From an uncultured Bacteroidota bacterium (GTDB lineage: Bacteria > Bacteroidota > Ignavibacteria > UBA10030 > UBA6906): DNA of 64,000 nt. This document shows positions 19,529-28,781 of the stretch, one piece after another. The DNA lies in contig CAVOYH010000003.1 in NCBI GenBank assembly GCA_963700635.1, positions 384,001 to 448,000 on the forward strand, given 5' to 3'. Under the pieces are notes generated by a model that did no database searches, was not told the DNA's origin, and was given only the letters and a program-made list of their open reading frames with translations. A program made the position numbers and the translations under genes. Position 1 is the stretch's first letter; every line of letters begins with the position of its first letter.

Positions 19529-20626
19529 CTACCTCGGCACATCTGTGCTCAGCCGGTAGCGTAAAATTATCCCCTGTTCCTGATCAAGCACGTACAGGAC
19601 TTTTTCGAAGAATGCCAATCCGGAAGGACGGCGCATTTGTCCATCCGAGCGAACGCGACCGAATGATTCCCCGCGCACAACACCGCGGCTGTTGAACTTG
19701 AACACACTGTCCAATCCTGCATCGGCAATAAACACATCCCTGCGCGAAGGATCAATGGCAACAGCCTTCGGGTAGACAAAACGGTTCGGACGGATAAAGT
19801 CAGCCGTCCGGTCCTCGAATCGTGCAGGATCAAACCGCGGCAGCCAACCCTGGAAATCACTTGTGCTTGAATAGACCATCCACAAAGCGCCGTATGCCAC
19901 GCCATCGGATGACTGGACCAGGACAAAATCATTACTGTTCGGGAATGCGGTTATCGATGTTGGATGGTTGATGTTGGCAATCCCGGTTCCGCTGCCGGTG
20001 ACAAAAGCGGGTAGTGGCGTAATAAACTTGTCGTTCTTGTCAAAGTACAGCACACGCGCGTCAGGGTCGATAAAACTTGAATTATCCTGTCCGTCTCTGA
20101 CGGCAAGGTAACTGTTGTCGCTTAATACCGTAATCCCGGGAAACCGTCTCCGGGGATGTGCAAGCTCGCGCCAAACGGTATCGATACGGGCCACTTCCAG
20201 ACGGTGGGCGGAATCCGCGGCCCCCGATACAAGATGAATACGAAACAGTGCACCAACCGTGTCACCGTTGGCAGCCACAAATTCTCCGCCAACAAGGAGA
20301 TCCAGACGGCTGTCCTGGCCGATTGCCACCGGACGGAGCATGGTACGCGTGCTCAATACACCGCCGGCCCTGTTGAGCATGACCAACCGATTCGCACGCG
20401 TGTCAGCCACGTACAGCAATTGGTCCCTGCCCAGCAGCAATCCTTCCGGCCCGGTGAAACCGCCGAACGGCGGCGTGATCGCGACGTATGCTGTGTCAAG
20501 CAGAGAGGCTGGCTGTTGCGGCAGCGTGGAGAGATCCATAGGAGAATCGCAGCCGGCAGTCCAAACCACGAGGCTCGAGATCAGGATAACGATTGAGCGC
20601 TGTATGGTGTCTCGAGAATGTCGCAT
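19529..20626 (-). CDS. NHL/beta-propeller lipoprotein
   Basis: Lipobox TAGC; repeats LYVADT, VFIADAG, PKAVAID, PSGLAF. Confidence 0.75.
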   Translation of the reverse strand: MRHSRDTIQRSIVILISSLVVWTAGCDSPMDLSTLPQQPASLLDTAYVAITPPFGGFTGPEGLLLGRDQLLYVADTRANRLVMLNRAGGVLSTRTMLRPVAIGQDSRLDLLVGGEFVAANGDTVGALFRIHLVSGAADSAHRLEVARIDTVWRELAHPRRRFPGITVLSDNSYLAVRDGQDNSSFIDPDARVLYFDKNDKFITPLPAFVTGSGTGIANINHPTSITAFPNSNDFVLVQSSDGVAYGALWMVYSSTSDFQGWLPRFDPARFEDRTADFIRPNRFVYPKAVAIDPSRRDVFIADAGLDSVFKFNSRGVVRGESFGRVRSDGQMRRPSGLAFFEKVLYVLDQEQGIILRYRLSTDVPR

Positions 20627-21708
20627 CAGTAGGTAAAGGTCACGGAAAATCGGTGAAGGGCGCCCAGCAGACTGTACTGTGAGTACGCATAGTCTGCGGT
20701 AATCGTACTTACGCCGGTCGAAACCCGGAAGCCGGCGCCGAGCATAAAGTTCTCTTCAGAGGTCTCATCAGCTGCAAGCAGTTTCTGACCGATTGTGCGT
20801 TTGATCCCCCCGCGCACAAAAAGCGTATTATGCCACGCATATTCCATACCAAGCCGGACATTCTCCGCATTGTCATTCGGGTGGTTCAATTGAACGGATG
20901 TCGTTAATCGCTGGTCTTCCGACAGGATCGGATCCATTGCGAAGCCGAGTTTGAAGAGCGTCGGCAGGGAGAACGATTGGAATTCGGTCACCGAAACGCC
21001 GCCCGCCGTTGCCACCGTCCCCTGAGGGGCAACATCCGACCCGAAGTTGCTGATCACCACGGCGAACCGTGCGGTTCCCAGTCCCGTCCAGTAATACGTT
21101 CCCAGATCGACCATCACCGACCGCATCCTTAACATATCCAGGGTCTCTTCGACGTAACGGACGGTCGCTCCAAAGCTGAACTGTTCAGTCATTTTCCGGG
21201 CATAGGTCACTCCAATCCCGATATCCCCGAAGCTGAAATACCGCCCGGTGCCGAGTGGCTGGGTCTCCGTCGTGATCTCCATGTCCTGCATGTGGAGGGA
21301 TGTCAGGGACAGCCCGATCGCGTCTGCATCAGTAAGATGGTAGATGGCGCCAAGGTATTCATGCCGGATTTCTGCAACATACTCGGTATGTGCAACAAAG
21401 ACCTGATCTTCCTCGGTCTGTACAAGACCTGCCGGATTCCAGAAGAGACTCGACGCATCGTCAGCGACAGCCACGAATGCCTCGCCCATAGCCACACCGC
21501 GCGCGCCAACACCAATCTTAAGGAATTGGAACGCTGAGATCCCGGCCCGCTGCCCGCCGAGATTTGGTACAAGTTGCGCCTCTGCGGAGACCACGCCGAG
21601 ACAACTCATAAGCGCGAACAGGAGTATTGCCGGTCCTGCGTGCTCCCGGCACGGGCGACCGGTTCGTCGCGCCCTATCATGTTTCCGTATGGAGTGTTCT
21701 CTTGCCAT
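20626..21708 (-). CDS. PorV/PorQ (FadL-like) outer-membrane barrel
   Basis: FLKIGVGARGVAMGEAFVAVADDASSLFWNPAGL; terminal HRFSVTFTY. Confidence 0.85.
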   Translation of the reverse strand: MAREHSIRKHDRARRTGRPCREHAGPAILLFALMSCLGVVSAEAQLVPNLGGQRAGISAFQFLKIGVGARGVAMGEAFVAVADDASSLFWNPAGLVQTEEDQVFVAHTEYVAEIRHEYLGAIYHLTDADAIGLSLTSLHMQDMEITTETQPLGTGRYFSFGDIGIGVTYARKMTEQFSFGATVRYVEETLDMLRMRSVMVDLGTYYWTGLGTARFAVVISNFGSDVAPQGTVATAGGVSVTEFQSFSLPTLFKLGFAMDPILSEDQRLTTSVQLNHPNDNAENVRLGMEYAWHNTLFVRGGIKRTIGQKLLAADETSEENFMLGAGFRVSTGVSTITADYAYSQYSLLGALHRFSVTFTY

Positions 21709-21711
21709 CGG

Positions 21712-24579
21712 TTAAAACCTGAACGAAATACTGCCGCGTATGGTACGGGGGTTCAGATACCGTGCCGGGCTGTACGGGAACGGCGACACACCCCCCGTCA
21801 ATTGCGGATAAAGCGGGTCGTTGTAGCCTGACGGTGTCGCATCGCCGTATTCATAGGCTCGTCCCGTGACGGGGTTGACGATCTGCGAGTTCCGCGTATC
21901 CAACAGATTCTGTATCTCAATACTCGCCACAAGTTTTCCGAATCCCAGTGGAATGGACTTTTCAAGATTCACGTCGATATAGAACCACGGCTCGCCGATC
22001 CCGCCATTCACGTTGTCCAGATCCGCGATGTACTGTGGCCGGCCGGTGCTGGGATCGTCGCCCGTGTACAGCTGGGGCGTGTACCGCTTGCCGGACTGAT
22101 AAAACACGCGCACGAAGGCATTCCAATCGTCCAGAAATCCCGGAGCCACACCAAACAACGGCTGATCCTTTGGGACCGAAAAATTTAACGTCATGGAAAT
22201 CTGAACGGGGCGATCCCAGATAAGATAGTTTTCACGGATGTTCTCGGGCTCCCCCTGCTGGATGCGGATCACATTCTCGTTGGGCGCGGAACTCTTGCCC
22301 GTGGCAATGGAATAGGATCCTGCCACGCCACCCCGGAACCAGTTGCCGAACCGTGTCTTGTATTCCACCTCAATACCGCGCACGCGACCGTAGTCGGAGT
22401 TGAGATACGTTGAATAGTACTGTGCTCCGCCCACAGAATTGAGCCGCAGAACAGTCTTCTCCGTGATGTAGTCAAATATGTCCTTGTAGAATGCTGTGAT
22501 GGTGAGAACATCACTGCCGGACAACTGATTCCGGAGGCCGAGTTCATACGCAACCGTGGTTTCGGGATTCAGATTCGGGTTTCCCACCGGCAGAGACGAT
22601 CGCACAGAACTCTGGTTGAGCTTTGCGTACACAAACTGCGGACGCGGGAGCTTGGAGAAATGGCCGTACGAGAAGAACAGGGTCTGGTTATCGGAAACGG
22701 GATGGGAGATACCGAGCCGCGGGCTCAGTCGTGCCTTATACCGGCGCCCGAAGAGGGACACGGTGTTGTCCTTGTACTCGTTACGAAGCGCCGATGAGAT
22801 GATCAGGGTGGACGACGTGTCTTCCGCGATATCATCGACGAATTTGCCGGGGGCCCAGTAGTCCAGCCGCAGGCCAAAATTCAGCAACATCCCGCTCAAC
22901 GCAACATTGTCCTGCGCGTAAAACGATCCCTGCAACGGCTGTACGCTGTACACATCATGGTCAAATCCAAGCGGCTTCACCCAGGGTCGATAAATGTCAA
23001 CCATCTGCATATCCTGAAACCGGACCTCAAAGCCGGCCTTGAATTTGTTTTTCTCCGAAAAGAAATTCGTCAGATCCCCCTTGAGCGTGTACTCTGTCAG
23101 GAAATGATCGCGCCAGGATGTCGGTGAACCAAGATCATAGAACCCGTCGCCCGGAACAACTCCAACGGTGTCGCGGCCGAGGTTGTAATAGGTGATCGGA
23201 TACGTCACAATATCCTGCGGCTCAAGGTATGCGCTAAATTCCTTCCCGTTTGCATCACCGCGGATATGAGCCGTGTACCGGCTCAGTTTGACCTCATAGA
23301 AGGTCTGCGTGCTCAGCGTGTGCGTCCAGGAGAATGAATGCTGGATATTAATCTGGGTGAACGTTTGCGCACTGTCAGGGATAAACTGAAACAGATACTG
23401 ATACCCCGGATTCGGCTCAATATATTCCAGGGTCGCCTGGATTGCCTGCGTGTTCTGGTCGATCACCACGGACTGGTTATAGGCATACGCAAGTTTCATG
23501 GTCGGATCCGGTTTCCAGGTGACCTTGCTGAGCCAGGAATAGTTGTTGGAGCGCCGTGGTGCCCACCGCTTGCCCCCGGCGATGGATGAATACAGGCCAT
23601 TGGGGGCTTTGACCACCCATCCGCTTGGCCGGTAATCTCCTCCTACCGTTTCAACCCAGCGGGTGAAACCATCGGTGAGGTTCGCATAGAGCGACCCGAA
23701 AAAGCTGACAGTCCCCGGAATCTCAAGACCGATGGCCGGCAACACAAAGGTGGTCAAGGGCTCAGGACCACTGAGTGTTGCGTCATAGATGTCGGTATTC
23801 CAGTTTGAGCGGGTGTCATTGTTGAATCCGAAATGATCAGTTTTGTATCCCAGCGAGCCGCTGTAACGGTCCGACCCTTCACGTGTGGTAATATTGACTA
23901 TACCCGATGTCGCCTGGCCGTATTCTGCATTATAACCGCCGGTGATCACTTCCACTTCCTGGATCGAAGACGGACTCAGCTGAAGGCCGAACCCTGAGCC
24001 GGCCATGGGATCCTGAATCGAGATGCCATCCAGCAGGAATGCATTCTCGTGCGTGCGGCCGCCCCGGATGTGGATTTCGTTATCGGCCATCACCACACCG
24101 GGTTGCATGGCGACAACAGCCTGCACGTTCTGCACGGCAGCCGCCTGAATGTCCGCCTGCTGCACATTCCGGCGGCTGGCAGTTTCTTCTATATCGAACA
24201 GCGGCCGTTCACCGATGACCACAATATCCTGACCCAGGGTCAGCACGGTCTCTTCCAGCTTTGCACGGATGGTGGTCGTTTGTCCGGCTTCCACCTTCAC
24301 ATTCGTAAACTTCACCTGTTTGTAGCCCAGCAGCGACACCTCAACGACATAGGCCCCGGGATTAATCGATTCGATGCGGACGTTTCCCTCGATGTCAGTT
24401 GTTCCGCCATAGTACGTCCCCTTGACCACCACATTGGCGCCGGGAAGCCCTTCCCCTGTCCCGGACTCAGTCACCGTCCCGACAATCCGGCCTGTGGTCT
24501 GGGCAGAGACCCGGGCGGGAATCATCAGGAGCGCCGCGACAAGCAGGCAAAGGGTTCCTTGTTGCACAACCTTCTTCAT
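21712..24579 (-). CDS. TonB-dependent receptor
   Basis: Signal peptide, N-terminal extension, IHIRGGR, ITGGYNAEYGQATSGIVNI, GNPNLNPE, C-terminal FRF. Confidence 0.92.
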   Translation of the reverse strand: MKKVVQQGTLCLLVAALLMIPARVSAQTTGRIVGTVTESGTGEGLPGANVVVKGTYYGGTTDIEGNVRIESINPGAYVVEVSLLGYKQVKFTNVKVEAGQTTTIRAKLEETVLTLGQDIVVIGERPLFDIEETASRRNVQQADIQAAAVQNVQAVVAMQPGVVMADNEIHIRGGRTHENAFLLDGISIQDPMAGSGFGLQLSPSSIQEVEVITGGYNAEYGQATSGIVNITTREGSDRYSGSLGYKTDHFGFNNDTRSNWNTDIYDATLSGPEPLTTFVLPAIGLEIPGTVSFFGSLYANLTDGFTRWVETVGGDYRPSGWVVKAPNGLYSSIAGGKRWAPRRSNNYSWLSKVTWKPDPTMKLAYAYNQSVVIDQNTQAIQATLEYIEPNPGYQYLFQFIPDSAQTFTQINIQHSFSWTHTLSTQTFYEVKLSRYTAHIRGDANGKEFSAYLEPQDIVTYPITYYNLGRDTVGVVPGDGFYDLGSPTSWRDHFLTEYTLKGDLTNFFSEKNKFKAGFEVRFQDMQMVDIYRPWVKPLGFDHDVYSVQPLQGSFYAQDNVALSGMLLNFGLRLDYWAPGKFVDDIAEDTSSTLIISSALRNEYKDNTVSLFGRRYKARLSPRLGISHPVSDNQTLFFSYGHFSKLPRPQFVYAKLNQSSVRSSLPVGNPNLNPETTVAYELGLRNQLSGSDVLTITAFYKDIFDYITEKTVLRLNSVGGAQYYSTYLNSDYGRVRGIEVEYKTRFGNWFRGGVAGSYSIATGKSSAPNENVIRIQQGEPENIRENYLIWDRPVQISMTLNFSVPKDQPLFGVAPGFLDDWNAFVRVFYQSGKRYTPQLYTGDDPSTGRPQYIADLDNVNGGIGEPWFYIDVNLEKSIPLGFGKLVASIEIQNLLDTRNSQIVNPVTGRAYEYGDATPSGYNDPLYPQLTGGVSPFPYSPARYLNPRTIRGSISFRF

Positions 24580-24610
24580 AAGGAAAAGACCGTCCTGTAG
24601 ATTGTTGTCC

Positions 24611-26377
24611 TTAGAAACGCGCCCTGTTTATCACCTGGGCCGGGCTGAATTGGACGAGCGCCTTGTCAAAAAAGGCGCCCAGTCCGCGCGGGTTTCCCTC
24701 TGTTGTATTGTTGAGAAGATGTAATGGGAGACCCACAAAGATAATAGTGTTCTGTCCATCAATGACCGCCAGATTGGGCGAGCCCAGATACCGCTGCGGG
24801 ATCCGCGCGTCCGCTTGCATACGATAAATGTATCGCGCATCCGAGCGGCGGTAGATCGGACGCATAAAGACCGAATGGATCACGGGTGACGTATTAAAGG
24901 CAAGCTGCGGATAGACCGACGACAGATCACTGCTGTCCGCATACACGACGTAGTTTGCCGGTATCCTCGAGTCGCCCACAACGGCCGGTGGCGGTGCCGG
25001 ACGTGTCGGAGAAAGATCAACGCTGCTCACGCTGTCAATCGGTGCGAAGTCCCGCAAGGCCCCGCGCGGATCACTCGTGTTCAGAAACATCGTCGAGAAT
25101 ATCACCCGCCCGCCGTTCTGAAGATACGGGAAAATGGACAGCTGCGCGACGCCGAGACTGGGCACCTGATCGGTGTACCAGAGCACGTAATCATACAGAA
25201 GAAAGGTCTGAATCAGAGCGGGGTCCACAAATTGAGGAACCAATCGGCCGTACCGCCCCGCCTCCTTGTCCGCCGCTGTTACACCAAGGGTTATGTCCAG
25301 CTGGTCTACCTGCGTGAATGCACCGCCGGGCACGGAAGCAAGTGCACTGCTGTACGTCGTCCGGGCAAGCTGAGCATCGAAGTTTGTATAGTCACTCACC
25401 AGAAGCAACTTCGCACGTGGTTTGCGGACGTACCACCGGTCTGTTCCCGACGGAAGACGGAGCGGAAGACTGTATTCACCTGCAACGTCCCGCGCCTGGA
25501 CAAAAACAGCATTGTCAGCGTCCAGACGGAGATTCGGCACCTGGCCGATAAGACGCCTGCCGAGAAACGGTCCGCTGTACAGATCAGCCGTCACCGTAGC
25601 ACCCGCCGCGTCACTCCGCGAACGGGGCACAACCATCGTCACGATCGTATCACGGAGCGCCACCGTCACCCATTGCCCGGTGGCACCGGTGTCGTTGAGC
25701 GCAATACGATACGACGCAAGTGTGTTATCCCCGTCCGAATCGGAACCCTTAAATCCAATGGTGATCACCGTGTATGTCGTATCGGGGAGCCGCTGGACTA
25801 TGGTGGCGTCTTTGGGATTGGGGAGCAAACCGATTGTCGGCGGTGTGTTGCGAATAGGGAACGTCAGGACTGCCCCGACCGGGTCAACCGCTCCGGTGAG
25901 CGTTTCAAGACGCTGATCGGCGGCGTCAAACACCCCGTTGTCATTCTTGTCCCAGAACGGGAACGGTAACAAACGGACGGGGCTGTGCTCCGGGAGCCCC
26001 GGGAACGCATCATCCACAGCCCGCACCACGACGGCAAACCGCCTGAAGAGCGTGTCCAGCGGAAAAAGAAACGTTGAATCGTTGCGGGTCACCCAAACAT
26101 ACCGAAGCGTGTCCGGCACAGGCAGTGTCGTGACATTCCCGGTGACCACCTTGAACGAAAAGAGGTAGCCGCGAATGAGGCCGTCCGGCGACTCGCCCCA
26201 CCAGCGCAGATGTGTCCGGCTCACGCCAACACGCACCTCAGCGTCGGGAAACAGCCACAAAAATGTTTGTGGGGGCCTCCCGGGAACCGGCTTGTCCGTC
26301 ACACTCTCACGGCAACCGGAGAGCTGAAGCGCAAAAAGCGCCACAACCGCAAACGATATAGAATAGTATTTCAGCAC
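24611..26377 (-). CDS. hypothetical lipoprotein
   Basis: GTG start after GGAG, lipobox LSGC; beta-rich; DKNDNG Ca-loop-like motif. Confidence 0.75.
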   Translation of the reverse strand: MLKYYSISFAVVALFALQLSGCRESVTDKPVPGRPPQTFLWLFPDAEVRVGVSRTHLRWWGESPDGLIRGYLFSFKVVTGNVTTLPVPDTLRYVWVTRNDSTFLFPLDTLFRRFAVVVRAVDDAFPGLPEHSPVRLLPFPFWDKNDNGVFDAADQRLETLTGAVDPVGAVLTFPIRNTPPTIGLLPNPKDATIVQRLPDTTYTVITIGFKGSDSDGDNTLASYRIALNDTGATGQWVTVALRDTIVTMVVPRSRSDAAGATVTADLYSGPFLGRRLIGQVPNLRLDADNAVFVQARDVAGEYSLPLRLPSGTDRWYVRKPRAKLLLVSDYTNFDAQLARTTYSSALASVPGGAFTQVDQLDITLGVTAADKEAGRYGRLVPQFVDPALIQTFLLYDYVLWYTDQVPSLGVAQLSIFPYLQNGGRVIFSTMFLNTSDPRGALRDFAPIDSVSSVDLSPTRPAPPPAVVGDSRIPANYVVYADSSDLSSVYPQLAFNTSPVIHSVFMRPIYRRSDARYIYRMQADARIPQRYLGSPNLAVIDGQNTIIFVGLPLHLLNNTTEGNPRGLGAFFDKALVQFSPAQVINRARF

Positions 26378-26453
26378 GATTCTCCGAATCCTGTCAGGCC
26401 ACGCTTCCGGCGTTGCCGGAGCGCGGCTCAATCAGGATATCACTTTTTCCATA

Positions 26454-28706
26454 CTATTTCACCAGCATCATCTTCTTCACTGCTCTGAACGAGCCGCTTT
26501 CAACGCGATAAAAATACACGCCGCTCGGAAGGGACGATGCATTAAACCGGACCGTATGCCTGCCGGCGGCCTGCTGGCCGTTGAACAACGTCGCAATTTC
26601 CTGCCCGATAAGATTGTACACACGTATTGTGGTCAGTCCGGCAGAAGGCAGCAAATACTGAATTGTTGTCGCAGGATTGAACGGATTCGGGTAGTTCTGC
26701 TCCAGCGCATAGGCCACTGGTGTTGTTCCGGGCAGATCCTGTTCGACGCCGGTCACAACTCCGAAGAAATCAGCGTCGGTGCGCGGCACAAACTTGTACT
26801 GATTGAAGCTGTAGTACACAATTCCGGTCAGAGCGCCGATCTTTGTCCCCACGGTGAGGATGGTCTTCCCTGAAGCGGAATCCGCGGCAATATTCGAAAA
26901 GTTGTATTTCCCGCTTCGCTGGACCACGATGCCGCCACTTCCGTCATTGACGGTGAACTCCGTGGGATCAGAGAATGTGGGATTGAGGTCGGTCACGGTC
27001 ACGTTGATAAACCGTACCAGCATCCCTTCATACATCTCTGCGCTTGCCACTCCGTTGCCGACACTGAGCGTGCTCGTGGTGCGGACCACAGGCTCAGGCC
27101 CCGGGTTGCCGCCGGATACCTTTACCACCGAGGTGATGTTTCCCAGGCGGGTAACGTCGAACTGTTCCTGGACGGTTCCGGTCACTATGATACTGTCGCC
27201 GTTCCGCAATGCGGCCATCTGCCGCTGGGCCGCGGTATCGGACGTCGTCAGCCAGAGGCCGTTCCAGGGTTGATTCGTGGACTGCATGTACCACGCGTTG
27301 GTGCTCCCTGTCGTCACGGGCGAAAGTGATACGTTTGCGGTGTCACCGGTGACAATTCCCGACAGGCTCAGGACCGCGCCCAGATATGGACTCCGGCCGT
27401 TTATGTATGGCGTATACTGGACGTCCTGTATGGCAAGAGGGCGAAGCAGTGATGTATAGAAGAAGAACCCCTTGGACGTGTCCGATGCAAGGCCGCCACT
27501 TGTGGAAGAATTGGCGAGCCGCACGGTCTGGCCGAAGGAATCAGAGACAGCAATAAAATAACGCACCACGACATTGGTTTGCTGCGACGGGATCACGCCC
27601 AGATAGGTGGTATCCGAAGCCTGATACGTCATCGCGACAGTCTGGAATGCCGCGTAATTGACACTATACAACAGCGATACGGTTTTGGGTGTGGACCCGT
27701 TTGGCTGTTGTGTTACGCGCACGCTGACCTTGGCCGTCGAGTCCGGAGATACCACAACCGGGTTCCGGCGATGGGAAGCAATGAGCGGGGGTGTAGGTGC
27801 GGCTGCAAAGACGATATCCCCGCGGTACATCGGCGAAATGCGGTAGCCACGCGGTCCCTCACTGCCGGATGCTGTTGTAATATATCCCCGGATCGTGTCG
27901 ATCCGGGTACCGTTGCCGATCGCCGCATAGATCCTCGACCAGGCCGTGTCCGCAGGCCAAGGGGGAAGCTGGGACGTCCCGTGTCCGAGCGTGAAATAAC
28001 GGGACCAGTCGTAATCCGAAATCTCGTTCCCTGAGGCGTCCACCATGCTGAATGTTCCCCGGGGAATGTTCACCTTGTTATTCAACGTGACATTATGGAA
28101 CTCCACATACATCCCCTCGAAGGGTTCACCACTTGCGACCTGGACTTTCCCCGTTGAGAACACTCCGGTATAAAAGTCGCCGATGTTTTTGACGATCGGC
28201 TTGGGAAGGGGCGCCGCACCGATAATGCTGATGGGGTTTCCGGCAACAGGTTCGATCTGCGACGCGCTAGTTCCTCTGGACGTGGGAAATTCACTTATCC
28301 AGCCGACCAGCGTAATGATATCGCCGGCTTCCACATTCAGGAACCCGTCTGTTTTAAGCTGTGTGCTGTCCGCAATATTGGCACGAAGGAGAATCCCGCC
28401 CCAATCGGAGGCCACCGCGGCGGTGTCGTACAGCAGCATCGTCCAGATGTCCGCCGTGTACGTGATCACACCGGGGGGCACGGCCACAAGCGCGGTCACG
28501 CGCACCGTATCACCCATGTACGGGGAGGTCTGCAATGTCCATCGCGGCTGCGTTGAGTTCGCGGCAAAATTTGTGATCCCGTCCGCAACGACGAGGGATT
28601 CTGCAGGAACCTGCTGGAGCTGACGGACGGTGACGTCCGGATACTGCGCCAGCGCCGAAGACACCGCGGCCGCCAGCAGGACAACAGATAGAAAAATTCG
28701 GTTCAT
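26454..28706 (-). CDS. T9SS CTD protein built from duplicated OB-fold pairs, no recognisable catalytic domain
   Basis: SPYMGDTVRVTA...EPFEGMYVEFHNV and SPYLGAVLSLSGIVT...EMYEGMLVRFINV...YKFVPR; LEQNYPNPFNP CTD; RBS AAGGAGAGG. Confidence 0.8.
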   Translation of the reverse strand: MNRIFLSVVLLAAAVSSALAQYPDVTVRQLQQVPAESLVVADGITNFAANSTQPRWTLQTSPYMGDTVRVTALVAVPPGVITYTADIWTMLLYDTAAVASDWGGILLRANIADSTQLKTDGFLNVEAGDIITLVGWISEFPTSRGTSASQIEPVAGNPISIIGAAPLPKPIVKNIGDFYTGVFSTGKVQVASGEPFEGMYVEFHNVTLNNKVNIPRGTFSMVDASGNEISDYDWSRYFTLGHGTSQLPPWPADTAWSRIYAAIGNGTRIDTIRGYITTASGSEGPRGYRISPMYRGDIVFAAAPTPPLIASHRRNPVVVSPDSTAKVSVRVTQQPNGSTPKTVSLLYSVNYAAFQTVAMTYQASDTTYLGVIPSQQTNVVVRYFIAVSDSFGQTVRLANSSTSGGLASDTSKGFFFYTSLLRPLAIQDVQYTPYINGRSPYLGAVLSLSGIVTGDTANVSLSPVTTGSTNAWYMQSTNQPWNGLWLTTSDTAAQRQMAALRNGDSIIVTGTVQEQFDVTRLGNITSVVKVSGGNPGPEPVVRTTSTLSVGNGVASAEMYEGMLVRFINVTVTDLNPTFSDPTEFTVNDGSGGIVVQRSGKYNFSNIAADSASGKTILTVGTKIGALTGIVYYSFNQYKFVPRTDADFFGVVTGVEQDLPGTTPVAYALEQNYPNPFNPATTIQYLLPSAGLTTIRVYNLIGQEIATLFNGQQAAGRHTVRFNASSLPSGVYFYRVESGSFRAVKKMMLVK

Positions 28707-28781
28707 GGTAACCTCTCCTTAATGATGTTTAAATACACACAGCCAAGCCGCAGGCACCACGTACATCCGTCGCAGCTGATA

